The position numbers and the translations under genes are program-made. The notes under the pieces are model-generated. The model ran no database searches and was not told where the DNA came from. It was given only the letters and a program-made list of their open reading frames with translations. 64,000 bases of DNA from positions 74,400,001 to 74,464,000 of the forward strand of contig OX597824.1 of the NCBI GenBank assembly GCA_951406725.2. Direction: 5' to 3'. The stretch comes from Octopus vulgaris (lineage: Eukaryota). Numbering within the stretch: position 1 is the stretch's first letter; every line of letters starts with the position of its first letter. This document shows, piece after piece, positions 24,270-37,083 of this stretch.

Positions 24270-24810
24270 ATTTACCTTCTTATTTTCCTTCTTTTTCTTT
24301 CTTTCATTCTTCCATCCTTCTTTTCTAGGTTTCTTTCCTACCATCCTTTTCATTTTGACCTTTCCTTCTTCCCTGCCTTCTTTCCCAACTGCCATTCCTT
24401 TCTTTCTTTCTTTCTTTCTTTCATTTTCTTTTCTTCTCCCTTTCATTTTTCTTCTATTCCTTCTTTTCTTCCTTCATGCCTTCTTTCCCTACAGCCATTC
24501 CTTTCTTTCTTTCTTTCTTCCATTCCTTTTTCTTTTCCTTTTCTTCTTCTCTTTCATTTTTCTTTTACTCCTTCCTTTCTTCCTTCCTTCTTTCCCTACT
24601 GCCACTGCCATTCCTTTCCTTCTTTCTTTCTTCCATTCCTTTTTTCTTTTCTTCTCCGTTTCATTTTTCATTTATTCCTTCCTTTCTTCCTTCCCTCCTG
24701 CCTTCTTCATCTTCTTCTTCGTCTTCTTCTTCTTCTTCTTCTCCACCTCCTCCCTTTTCCCTTTCTTTGCATCACATTCCTTCCTTCCTTCCTTCCTTCC
24801 TTCTTTCCAA
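24270..24810. repeat. Long polypyrimidine/polypurine (CTT/CCTT/TTTC) tract
   Basis: Almost only C and T on the + strand, with a recurring CCTTCTTTCCCWAC..GCCATTCCTTTC unit. Confidence 0.9.
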
Positions 24811-25155
24811 TTCTACTGCTCCCACCCCTCCCGTCTCCACTCCACCCACACCTATAATCTCTCTACCCTGGCACCACCAGCATCCAACTGCTGCTGCTGA
24901 TGTCATTGGTCTTGAATAAAACAGAAACCATTTACAAAGACATCATTCTTTATACCATTTAGTATGTGTATAACTGAAGGTTTTCCCCATGTGTTGACAT
25001 GTATATATATATATATATCTGTGTGTTTATGGTGTGTATACAGACATGCATACAGATATACATACATATATATATGTATGTATGTATTTATATATATATA
25101 TATATATATACATATATGTATATATATATATATAAGTACATGTATTTATATATGT

Positions 25156-25189
<34 letters not shown>

Positions 25190-25376
25190 GATCAGACTCC
25201 AAAGAGACTAGTGTTGACGATACACACATACACACACACACACATACCATGTGATTGCTCATGTCACTACATAGCTAAAATAATAACCTGTGTGAAGAAC
25301 TGATGAGACAGTAAATCTTGTTTATATATATCTTTCTATGTACACATATATGTGCAAATGCATGTATGTGTATGTA

Positions 25377-25411
<35 letters not shown>

Positions 25412-26092
25412 GATCCGGTTCTTGACTGAAGATTGAAGGCTTCGAATGTCCCATCCGTGTTTTTTGTATCGTCTTCTAAATGTTTTGCGTTCTTGTCCTA
25501 GTTTGTATTTTTTTACATATATACATACATACATATATATACACACACATATGTGTGTGTGTGTGTCTATAACATAGCACATTAATATTGAGTTATCTAC
25601 AAGGTTGGTGCCACTCACTCACCCACATGTGAAGGCTATATAGTGTGAAGAAATCAAAGTTTCTGATTTCAAGCCAAATATTTTGACAATGTTGTTGTTT
25701 CCACAAGTTGTCTCTCTGTCTGATTGTCTGCATGCCTGCCTGTCTGCATGTCTGTTTGTGTATCTCTTTCTCTGTATGTCTTTAAACTGTTTAGTGTTGT
25801 AGTGTTGAAGAAAAAAGAGCAAGTCAAAGATCGGATGTCAAGTAGCTAAATAAATCTACCCAGCTAAACTGAGGAGTTAGTAAGCTATATGGCTAATTAA
25901 CTAATTTAAAATAAGACTAACAGATTGTGTAGTTAAGAAGCTGACTTTGCAACCAAGTGGTTCAGTGGTCCCATTGCGTGGCACCTTGGCCAAGTGTATC
26001 CTACTATAACCCTGGGTTGACTGAAGCCTTGTGAGTGGATTTTGTTGACAGAATCTGTTTAGAAATCAGTCATGTAAACAAACAAACAAACG

Positions 26093-26135
<43 letters not shown>

Positions 26136-27454
26136 ACACACACACAAACACACACACACTTACTTGGAAGAGGATGCATGGTGTTCAATCATATAATAAT
26201 ATAAATAATATATATATATGCATATATACATATGTATATGTACATACTTACATCTATATGTATACATATATGTATGTATATATGCATATATATATTATTT
26301 ATATTATTATATGACTGAACGCCACGCATCTTCTTCCATGTAAGTTTTATCTTAATTCTGATGTGCACTCTATAGGATCTTTTTACTCTTTTGTTTTATC
26401 TGTTTTTCTCTCTCTTATTCTTTTATCTCATTTTCTCCCACTATTGTATCCTATTACTCTGTCACTCTCTCTCTCTCTCCTCCCTTGTTCATGTGGCTCT
26501 CACATGACCATCGGCCATCTTTCTTTCTCTCCATTGTAGCTGGAACAAGGAAGACGTGTTCTCATTTGTCTCCTGTCTTAGCTTGATTTACACATTCACT
26601 ACCACAATCTTGTGTAGGCTTAGCAGCCCTTCCTGTTTGTTTTCACTGTCCTGTTTGTGTTACCAATTTTGACCCTCTGCAAAATCCCAAATTTTATTTA
26701 ATTTGCTTTGCTGGAGCAACTGTTTCATCAAAAGCGTATATTGTTAAATGCTCGAAATACGAGACAAGAAAATAGCCAACAACTGAAGAAGAGTGTGTGC
26801 AATAAAAATATATATGCCAAATGAAAGGAAGAGAAAAGGATTTTAATGTTTCAGTTATACTCTTTATCAAAGTACAAAAAGTAATAAGAGACGTAAGAGA
26901 AAAAGAAAAAAAAATTATATTATTTTACATCTGTACATATTTCAAACCTGGTGTAGCTAGTTAGCAACATAGATACCGAATTTACTGATTAGTTAGCTAA
27001 TTAATCAGGTAAGGAGTTTAGCTAGCTATCAATGAGAGTTTCCAGTTATAACTATACCATAGGTGCAAGCATGACTGTGTGGTTAAGAAGCTCTTCTTGC
27101 AACTACATGGTTGCAGGTTCAATCCCACAGTGTAACACTATTGGCAAGTGTGCTAGTGTAGCCCCAAGCCAACCAATACTCTGTGAGTGAATTTGGTTCG
27201 TGGAAACTGTATGGAAGCCCATCATATAGTGGTAAGTATCCTTGCTTGTTACATGGAAGACTGGCAGTCAATTCCCCGACCAGAAAAGCTCATAATCTTT
27301 AGGTGCAGATGTGGTTTACTTCCCAATCACACAGTTCTGGGCTCAATACCAATGCAAGTGTCCTCAACTAAAACCTTGGGCCAACCAAAGCCTTGTGAGT
27401 GGATTTTGTAGCTGGGAACTGACTGAAATCCATCATATATATATATGTATATAT

Positions 27455-27712
27455 ATAAAATACAAAATGGGACAAGAACGCAAAACATCCGGACAACTAG
27501 GTGATACAAAAAGGGACAACAAAACATCCAGATAGACGATACAAAGAAAACAAGGATGGGTCATTCAAAGTTTTCTATCTTCAGTCAAGAGCCAGATTAT
27601 CCTCGCAACTTAGGCTGATTATTCATGAGATTGCTTCAATCTGGCCAGCCCCAAAGAAAAACTAAGCTAAGAGCATTAGATTCCTTGGAAGAAAGCAGCG
27701 AATGTATAGATA
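27455..27712 (-). mobile_element. (TA)n-inserted non-coding repeat family H (copies at 25412-25515, 37290-37570, 55348-55800)
   Basis: Conserved terminus AAAATACAAAAYGGGACAAGAACGCAAAACATCC and internal GGCCAGCCCC..AAACTAAGCTAAGAGC; degenerate CTGARGA..CGAA motif in sibling copies. Confidence 0.65.
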
Positions 27713-27818
27713 CACATACACACATATGCACATGTACACACACACATGTGCACATTTGCTCAACTAAAGGCAGTGCTTCAGCATGGCCACAGTCAAATGA
27801 CTGAAACAAGTAAAAGAG

Positions 27819-27853
<35 letters not shown>

Positions 27854-29167
27854 TCACCATCATCACCATTTAATGTCCATTGTACATGCTGGCATGGGTT
27901 GGATGGTGTGACCAGAGCTGGAAGCTGAGGAGCTGCACCAGCCTCCAGTCTGATGTGGCATGGTTTCTATGGCTGGAGGATCTCCCTAACATCAACCACA
28001 TTACCGAGTGTGCTGGGTACTTTTACATGTTCACATGAGCATGAGCACTTATATATATTTCTTTACTACCCACAAGGCACTAAACATAGAGGGGACAAAC
28101 AAGGACAAAGGGATTAAGTTGATTACATCGATCCCAGTGCGAAACTGGTACTTTATTTATCGACCCCGAAAGGATGAAAGGCAAAGTTGACCTCAGCGGA
28201 ATTTGAACTCAGAACGTAACGACGGACAAAATACTGCTCAGCATTTCGCCCGGCGTGCTAACGTTTCTGCCAGCTCGCCACCGTTAATGGGCACTTATAT
28301 ATGGTGCAGCATAGGTACTCTTATGTGGCACGATATGGAAAATTTTACATGGCACCATGTTGGTACTTTTACGCGGCACTGCCATGACTGCTTCACACCA
28401 CCGGAAGGGTCGTCTTAACACACACACACACACAGAAACATAAACAACAGCTTCTTTCATCTTTCACACACACCACACACACACACACACATTCACATAA
28501 ATATGTATGTATGTATCTTTCTATCAATATATATATCAGTAAGCTACAAACGAACTACAAGACCTCAATGAATCAAACAAAAAAAGTTCTATCTTGTCAT
28601 TTCCTTTAATAAGTCCTCATTTTCTCCAATCAAATTCTCCTTCACTTCCGCCATTGCTGTAGAGATTTTAAAGATAGAATAACTATTTTATAAGCAAAAA
28701 CTTTGTGTTTTAAAAATTCCACTTATGAGGTTTCAAAATATTTCTAAAATCATTTTTCCCTTTTTTTCTTCTCTCTCAGATTACACTATCAGTGTATCTT
28801 AGCCTATCCCCATCTCTCTATCTCGGTTTATTTTTTTACTTATCTAAGCCTACATCTGTCTGTTTGTCTGTCTATCACCCTAACTGCCTATCTAACAATC
28901 TGTTTTTCTATCTGTCTCTCTCTCTCTGTTTAACTTTCAGTCTGTCTGTCTCTCTGGCTATCAATCTATCTGTCTAGGTGACTGTTTATTTGTGTGCCTG
29001 TCTATCATATTTATGCACATGATAGCATGGAAGGCAGATGTTAAATGATGATGATGATGATGATGATAATAATGGATCTCCCATAAAACTAAATGAAATA
29101 TCTAAATCACTGGTTCATTGGTTACTAAATAAATATTTCCAGTATTAATACATATGTGCGTGTGTGC

Positions 29168-29219
<52 letters not shown>

Positions 29220-29374
29220 TGTGTGTTTATGCATGTTTGAAAAGATGAATAGAAATGGCTTTTCTGATAATTTTGCCACTTTAATACTTTGATGTCTACA
29301 AAAAAGTCATTTCTATTAATTTTTTCAAATATATAACACTGTACCAAGGACTTTCTATTTCTCATTCTACTATA

Positions 29375-29466
<92 letters not shown>

Positions 29467-29554
29467 AAATGGGTAGGCACATAAGTACAAAACAATGTGG
29501 AAAAAATAGTATTCAGATACCAAGGGTAGAGTAATATGCTTTATATGCTGCTGA

Positions 29555-29890
29555 GACCCCCTTTGGTCATGACTGACCATGGGACTGCACCTAGAAAGTT
29601 ACCCTCCCAGGCACAAGTCCGGGCAAGGTTGTTTATGGAAGACTAACAGTCACCCATGCATACCGGCCTCCCCTCTCCACGCCACCAGTGTTATCCAAAG
29701 GAAAAGCAAAGGGGCCGATACAGCTTGGCACCTGTGACGTCGCAACTCATTTTTATAGCTGAGTGAACTGGAGCAACGTGAAATAAAGTGTCTTGCTCAA
29801 GAACACAACACGCAACCCGATCCAGGATTCAAACTCACAACCTCACGATTGTAAGCTCGATGCCCTAACCACTGAGCCATGCGTCTTCAC
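29555..29890 (-). mobile_element. SINE family E (tRNA-derived; GTGTTCTTGAGCAAGACACTTTATTTCACGTTGCTCCAG core)
   Basis: Homologous to 47565-47890; the head/core is shared with about 21170-21340, 32260-32440 and 52782-53108. Confidence 0.8.
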
Positions 29891-30008
29891 TGAGCCATGC
29901 GTCTTCACTGAGCCATGTGTCTTCACTGAGCCATGCGTCTTCACTGAGCCATGCGTCTTCACTGAGCCATGCGTCTTCACTGAGCCATGCGTCTTCACTG
30001 AGCCATGC
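29870..30008. repeat. 18-bp minisatellite (approx. 7.7 copies) made from the SINE E 5' end
   Basis: (CACTGAGCCATGCGTCTT)n. Confidence 0.9.
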
Positions 30009-30251
30009 TTTATAATTGTCCAACAAATGGGAACGTGAAACTGAGTAATAGTTCTGTGAATACTTTGCAGCTTTTATAATAAATATGTATATATAAGTGT
30101 ATATATAAGTGTGTATTGTAAATGTAGGTACGTACATATATGTTTGTATGTATGCATATATTTTTATTTATCACATTATTGTCTGACAGCGCCCCGCGTC
30201 AGGTTCGTTCCGATTCTCCGTTTCATTCCACCTCTTGGTTCCTGTTATTTT

Positions 30252-30312
<61 letters not shown>

Positions 30313-31714
30313 TACACACACACATATACACACATGCTCATATATACAAGAAGGTGTATGGCTTAGTGAGATTAGATTGCCAGGTTCACGATTGTTCATT
30401 TGTGGGTTCTAGTCTAGGACCAGGAGGCACACAGTGTCCTAGAGGAAAGCATTTCATTTCAAGTGACTTCAGTCCATTCAGCAGGAAATGTTACCAGTGG
30501 GTGTTGAGGGAGGTAACTCTGTAGTGGACTAACATCCTGTTCAGAGGAGTTTCTTTTTATTCACAGTAACTTACAATTCGTGGAAAATGAGGTGAGCTCC
30601 AGGCTCAAAACAAACTTTTAATAAACATACACACACATCACCACCACCATCAACAACAACAACAAAGTTCCACGAGGCTCCGGCAGGGGGTGGTGGCGAC
30701 CCCTGTTGTACTCTTTTGCTCCAACTTTCTCTCACTCTTTCTTCCTGTTTCTTGTCCTCGACTTCCTATGCAACTGCTGAGCTGGATGCGCATGCATCCA
30801 TCCGTCGATGCTCTCGGTGTCAGGGGTTGACCTGCTTTCTCTTCTGCGGGTCTTACGAATAGAAAAAGGACCACGTTTCGGACTTCTCCCACTACAGACA
30901 ATCCTCAGGTGCGATCTTGTGAGCTCTGGGACGAAGACAGCTTCGCTCAACAAACAAACAGCAACAACAACCACACACACACACACACAACACATTGAGA
31001 TGCTGAAAGAATATCAAATGAAACAGAATGTGTTAGTCACATTATCAGAGAATGTTTAAAAAAGAAGGAACTACAGGCGTTACCAAACTGAAAGATTGAC
31101 CACCAAAGTTATGAAAGAACTGGAGAAGATGATATCAACTAATTAAGTAACACAATTAGCATAATTAAGTTGCAATTCAGGATGTCAGGTTAAGGTGGAG
31201 CTGATAGACTTATCCTACTCAGACAAAACCAGAGATGTTTTTAATAAGAACAAAACAACATTTGTTCACCAAGTGAAGCATCTGACAGAGTTGCAAGTGC
31301 AATAAGGAAATAAAATATAGATAAATTGCTTATAAAATTGATGCAGGATATGCACACAGATGTATGTATGTATGTATGTATATGTGACTGTGTGTGTATG
31401 TGTGTATGTATGTATGTATGCATGTATATATATATATATATCATCATCATCATCGTTTAACGTCTGTTTTCCATGCTAGCATGTGTTGAATGGTTCGACC
31501 GGGGTCTGGGAAGCCAGGAGGCTGCACCAGGCTCCAGTCTGATCTGGCAGTGTTTCTACAGCTGGATGCCCTTCCCAACGCCAACCACTCTGTGAGTGTA
31601 GTGGGTGGTTTTTACGTGCCCTCGGCACAGAAGCCAGTTAAGGTGGTGCTGGCATTGACCACATTCGGCTGGTGCATTTTATGTGCCACCGGCACAGTCA
31701 TATATATGTATATA

Positions 31715-32245
31715 TCAGAAATTGTCAGTGTCAAGAATTCTTGGTTGGCACTCTTTGGACAATTATGGTCCCTCTTAGTGTATATGTTTTCATTCATGTG
31801 TGTTAATTACATTATTAGAGCATTTTATTTCTAGCGGTGTAGGTGTTTTTTAACATCCTAGTCATATTTAGTGACACTTATAATTCCTCTTTTTGGTGAA
31901 ATACTGCAACCTGCTGTTTGTATTAACTTTGTGTATACAAATTAACAAATCGTTAAATCATCAATTAATTTGGATGAAGGAAACATAAATATTAATAGAG
32001 AAACAGGTCCAAAAAAAGCTGAACACCGAGTGGGCTTAACTGATGAGGCAACGGAAATTGCTGAAACTGATGTCAGTCTTAAGAATTCTTGGTCGTTATT
32101 TTTCAGACACTTAAGGTCCCTGTTAGTGTATAGCTTTTCATTCATGTGTTAACTAAAGCATTAAAGCATTTTAGCTCTCATTTCAAGTAATGTAGGTGTT
32201 TTTTAACACCCTAGTCACATTTAGTGACAATTATAATTCTCCTTA
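31715..32245 (+). mobile_element. Retrozyme/pLTR-like 1.5-unit tandem (period 348 bp) inserted in (TA)n
   Basis: 31718-31890 is a diverged direct repeat of 32063-32242; the repeat junction carries a hammerhead. Confidence 0.65.
32032..32078 (+). ncRNA. Minimal type I hammerhead ribozyme
   Basis: GGCTtaa CTGATGA GGCAA cggaaa TTGCT GAAA C tgat GTC AGTC; predicted cleavage after C32074. Confidence 0.7.
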
Positions 32246-32442
32246 TATATATAGATATGTGGAGGCGCATGGCTTAGTGGTTACGGTGTCAGCATCATGA
32301 TCGTAATATTATGGTTTCGATTCCTGGACCAGGCGACGCATTGTGTTCTTGAGCAAAACACTTCACTTCACGTTGCTCCAGTCCATTCAGCTGGCGAAAA
32401 TGATAAATGCTGCGATGGACTGGCATCTCGCTGGGGAACACA

Positions 32443-32903
32443 TTCTCATCTTGTATGAGGAATACCGAATGTCTTCATGCACTACTTGCCTGATAAGAAA
32501 CTAAGACACCCTCATGTCCCTGGCGATGGACCTGATTGACTTGGAGGGATCGTTGTCAATCACGTCCTGGATCTCACCAACAAATTCAGGAGTTCTTTTC
32601 TAATCAGAACAATCAGAGTGAGTTTTCCGAGCTGCCATACCTTCATAATCACCATTTGACTCATCCAACTCTTTCCGAATCCTCTGCACTGTTTGTATTG
32701 AAGCTTTCAGTGCAAATGCCAAGCAGTACAGCATGTCATTTTCAAATTTCTGGCAGAGTGAATTGTGCCATGGTGCTGTTTTGCTCAGAGATGGTGTCCA
32801 ACTGACCCTACTATACTGTGTAGTTGAGAAAATCAAAAACAAACAATGCGTATGCATGAAATTAGAAATATAAAATGGTGACAATTTACTCATCACACCG
32901 TAT
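32443..32903 (-). pseudogene. Tc1/mariner-superfamily (maT/DD37D-like) transposase N-terminal remnant with TIR
   Basis: TVQRIRKELDESNGDYEG.AARK..KRTPEFVGEIQ..IDNDPSKSIRSIARDM.VS.FLIRQVVHEDIRY.SYK (paired HTH-like); terminus taCGGTGTGATGAGTAAATTGTC resembles 48262-48290. Confidence 0.75.
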
Positions 32904-33437
32904 ATACAAATATATGTCTATATATATATAAAAGCACATGCATGTGTGTGTGTGTGTGTGTGTGTATAAATGGCGGTACCCCAGCATGGCCAAAGTGGTT
33001 CAATTCATATACACACACACACACACATATATATAACATATATAATATATATGTGTGTGTGTGCTTGTATGTATAGGATCTGACAAATGTCTTCTACTAT
33101 AGCCTCGAGCTGAGCAAAGCCTTATGTGTGGATTTGGTAGATGGAAACTGAAAGAAGCCCATTGTACATATATGTTTGTGTGTCTGTCTTTGTCCCCCTA
33201 CTGTCACTCGACAGCTGATGTTGGCATGTTTACGTCCCTGTAACTCAGCAGTTTGGCAAAAGAGACTGATTAAATAAGTGCCACACTCTAATTCATTCGA
33301 GGCAGTACCCCAGCATGGCCACAGTCTAATGACTGAAAAATGTAAAGTAAAGTAAAATAAAGGTATGTATACACACACACATATGAATATACTTACACAC
33401 ACACATACTCACACATAAAGATACATATATATATATA

Positions 33438-33486
<49 letters not shown>

Positions 33487-33672
33487 AGAATTCACAAAAA
33501 AAACCCACAAAAGACGAAGACAGATGGTGTAGACAACAAACAGATGTGAAAAAGCCTTTAATGTTTCGAGCCTATGCTCTTCCACAGAAAGGAACACAGA
33601 AAGAAACAAGGAGAGAAAATAAAGAATGTGTAGTGGCTAGCGATCTATATATACACATATATATATATATAT

Positions 33673-33750
<78 letters not shown>

Positions 33751-34198
33751 TTGGTAAAGCATAATCTGAAAAAGAAGCACACTCTAAGTTATAGAGCAGT
33801 GTATAATATAAATACAGTTAGATAAGACACATAAACCAGCCTTATCTAACTTTAGTTATATTACACATACACACGTTATACATTACTATATATGTGCACC
33901 TAGAAGTCCCTTGGTGTGTCACTATATCAATGGAGGGCTTCTTTTTTATGCATTGTCATGTCATTTGTTAGTTATGTGTATTAAAGTAACTAATTAACCT
34001 AATTTCAAGAGAAAATGGAGGCAGACATTAATCCTTCTCTAAAAGCCCTCCTTCTCTCTACACATATGTGTGTGCACTCATTCACATACACACACTCACA
34101 CATATACATATGTTCTCCATTTGGTGTTAATTGTCACTTTTGAGTCATTATGTATGGATTGTTGTCACTACCAGCTGCTGTTCTTCTAAGAATATATG

Positions 34199-34239
<41 letters not shown>

Positions 34240-35199
34240 ATAATAATATTAGGGAATAAATCCAAACTTACAGGGAAAAATTAGATTTAGGATTAAATCC
34301 AATTTTATAGTATAAATATATTATATTATATTATATTATATTAAATTAGAGATAAAACCACTATTAGGCAAATCAAACAGTGAAAAACATAAGCCAATAC
34401 ATAAAATTAATTAAAAAATATAAAAGTTAAAAATAAAAAATTATTTAAATAATTTAAACTTATAAATTTTATATATATATACATATATATATATATATGT
34501 ATGTATGTATATTATTATATTTATATATTATTTTATTTATTAATTAATTAATTTATTTTTTATATATATCAAAAGTATTAAAAGTTTAATAAAAGATAAT
34601 GAGTGTGTGTGTATATACATATATATATATACGCACACACATACACACACACATAAATACATGCATGTATATATATTGGTAATCTGAGCTTGAACAAATT
34701 AGGGTCTTGTAAGAAGCCTGCAAAACTTTGAGTTTGTTGAATCAAACTCTTTTAAATAATATATATATATACATAGTGGAGGCGCAATGACCCAGTGGTT
34801 AGGGCAGCGGACTCGCGGCTGTAGGATCACGGTTTCAATTCCCAGACTGAGTGTTGTGAGTGTTTATTGAGCGAAAACATCTAAAGCTCCACGCGGTTCT
34901 GGCAGGGGGTGGTGGCGATCCCTGCTGTACTCTTTCGCTACAACTTTCTCTCACTCTTTCTTCTGTTGGCCTGCTTGCTTAGCCAGCAGGGTGTGTCATT
35001 TGAGGGCTAAAACAATGCGAAGCACATTGTGACCAGCGATGTGTAGCAACATCTGATAGCCTGGTCGGTCACGGTGATCATGGTGATATATATAAAACTC
35101 TTTAACACTCTAACCAGTTTCAGTTCAAAAGCTGTGGTCATACTGGGGTGCCACTATTTGAAACCTTTTCTGATATGTGGCATTTGGTGAATGAGGGAG

Positions 35200-35460
35200 T
35201 TTGATGCTGCAGCCCTCATCTGTGTTTCCGGCATGAAGTAGCCTCAGCTGGAACCCTTGACAGGAGGAGATCCAGTTTTGTTTTGCAGACACTTAGATCC
35301 GTACTTTGAAGGTCTTTCAGGCATTTTGGAAGGATATTGATGAGCTGTGCACCCTTGAAACCCAAGTTGTTGCTGTATCTGGTCGTGTATTTTGATGGCA
35401 ATGTTGGGATCTTTGGCACTATGCAGTGGTGCTCTGATCTGCTGTTTGTGTAACTTTAAA
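35200..35460 (-). mobile_element. CR1/L2-like LINE ORF2 C-terminal fragment
   Basis: NNLGFKGAQLINILPKCLKDL...CKTKLDLLLSRVPAE. Confidence 0.65.
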
Positions 35461-35566
35461 GGCCAATGAATTGAGAAGAAATCTATTTAAGATACAACCA
35501 GTAAGAACAAGCTCTAGTGAATCTGAACAAACAAAACATTGCTTTTGTAATGAGGTGCATTATTAC

Positions 35567-35672
35567 ATCGCCTGATGAAATGCTTTTGCACCGTGGTATG
35601 TACCAAAATTAATTGTATAGTTTTCCACCCACATGGGAGTGATAGAGAATGTGTCGAAACGATTGTAGTGAT
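35567..35672 (+). ncRNA. Type I hammerhead with long stem II (relative of 16242-16339; stem II base mutated)
   Basis: ATCGC CTGATGA aatgc...gtGTC GAAA C gatt GTA GTGAT; downstream GTGAACATGCTTTA is shared with the 16 kb copy. Confidence 0.6.
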
Positions 35673-36324
35673 CAATAAAGCTACTTATATATTCCATTTT
35701 CCATCTCCATGGAATCTGATATACTCAATGTACACTGATGAATTCCTGATGTAGATCCAGCGATGATTGTGCAATTACCGTGGATGACACCAGGTAGCCA
35801 TAGGTAGTGAACATGCTTTATCAGTGCACTACTTGGGTAATACAAGTGTACTACTTCTTTATTCTTTTCTTTTTACTACTTGAATCGGTCATTTGACTGC
35901 AGCCATGCTGGAGAACTGCCTTTAGTTGAACAAACTGACCCCAGGACTTTTTAAGCCTACTACTTATTCTATCTGTCTTTTTTGATGAGCCACTCAGTTA
36001 TTGGGACGTAAACACACCAGCATCAGTGTCACGCGATGGTGGGGGGACAAACACAGACACACAAATGCATACACACATACATATATATATATATATAATC
36101 AAAAAGGGTAATAACATAAGTTATTATTACCAGTGGCCTATATATATATATATAACAGGCTTCTTTCAGTTTCTGTCTACCAAATCCACTCACAAGGCTT
36201 TGGTTGGCCTGAGGTTATTGTAGAAGAAACTTGCCCAAGGTGTCACACAGTGGGACTGAACCTGGAACCATGTCACTGGGAGGCAAACTTCTTACTACAC
36301 AGCCACTACTGTACCTGATATATC

Positions 36325-36377
36325 TAAGATAGGTAGATGGATAGATAGATAGATATATAGATATATAGATAGATAGG

Positions 36378-36462
<85 letters not shown>

Positions 36463-36515
36463 GGATGGACGGACGGATGGATGGACGGACAGATGGATGG
36501 AGGGATGGATGGATA
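36325..36515. repeat. Compound GATA/GACA/GATG tetranucleotide microsatellite
   Basis: Seen directly; a similar tract lies at 56870-57155. Confidence 0.95.
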
Positions 36516-36874
36516 TGATTATATAAAGATATAGATATATTAATTATTTGTATAATAAATCATTTCAAATCCATTTGCAGTCAATTTTACATATCAGCTT
36601 TGTACATGAGAGTTTGAAAATACACTAATCTCAGCATTTATTAGAAGTCCTGGTATATATATATATATATATAGCCATGTAAGAAACCACAGGCCAGAAT
36701 ATGATACACTATTACATGGATCCATTTCAGGCTTACTAATGTTACTAATCACTTTCATTTGTTATACCAGGACTTCTAATAAATGCTGAGAGTAGTGTAT
36801 TTTATCAAACTCTCATGTACAAAGCTGATATGTAAAATTGGCTGCAGATGGATTTGAAATGATTTATTATGATT

Positions 36875-36931
<57 letters not shown>

Positions 36932-37038
36932 TATATATATTATATATATACACACATATATATATATATTATATATATACACACACATATATATATATAT
37001 TATATATATACACACACATATATATATATTATATATAT

Positions 37039-37083
<45 letters not shown>

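Noticed and set aside
24235-24919. 221-aa Phe/Leu/Ser-rich membrane-protein ORF
   Set aside because: A translation of a polypyrimidine tract.
25619-25790. Minus-strand exon ending in GG|GTGAGT
   Set aside because: The donor lies within a CACT repeat and the body is partly GACA-like repeat; support is insufficient.
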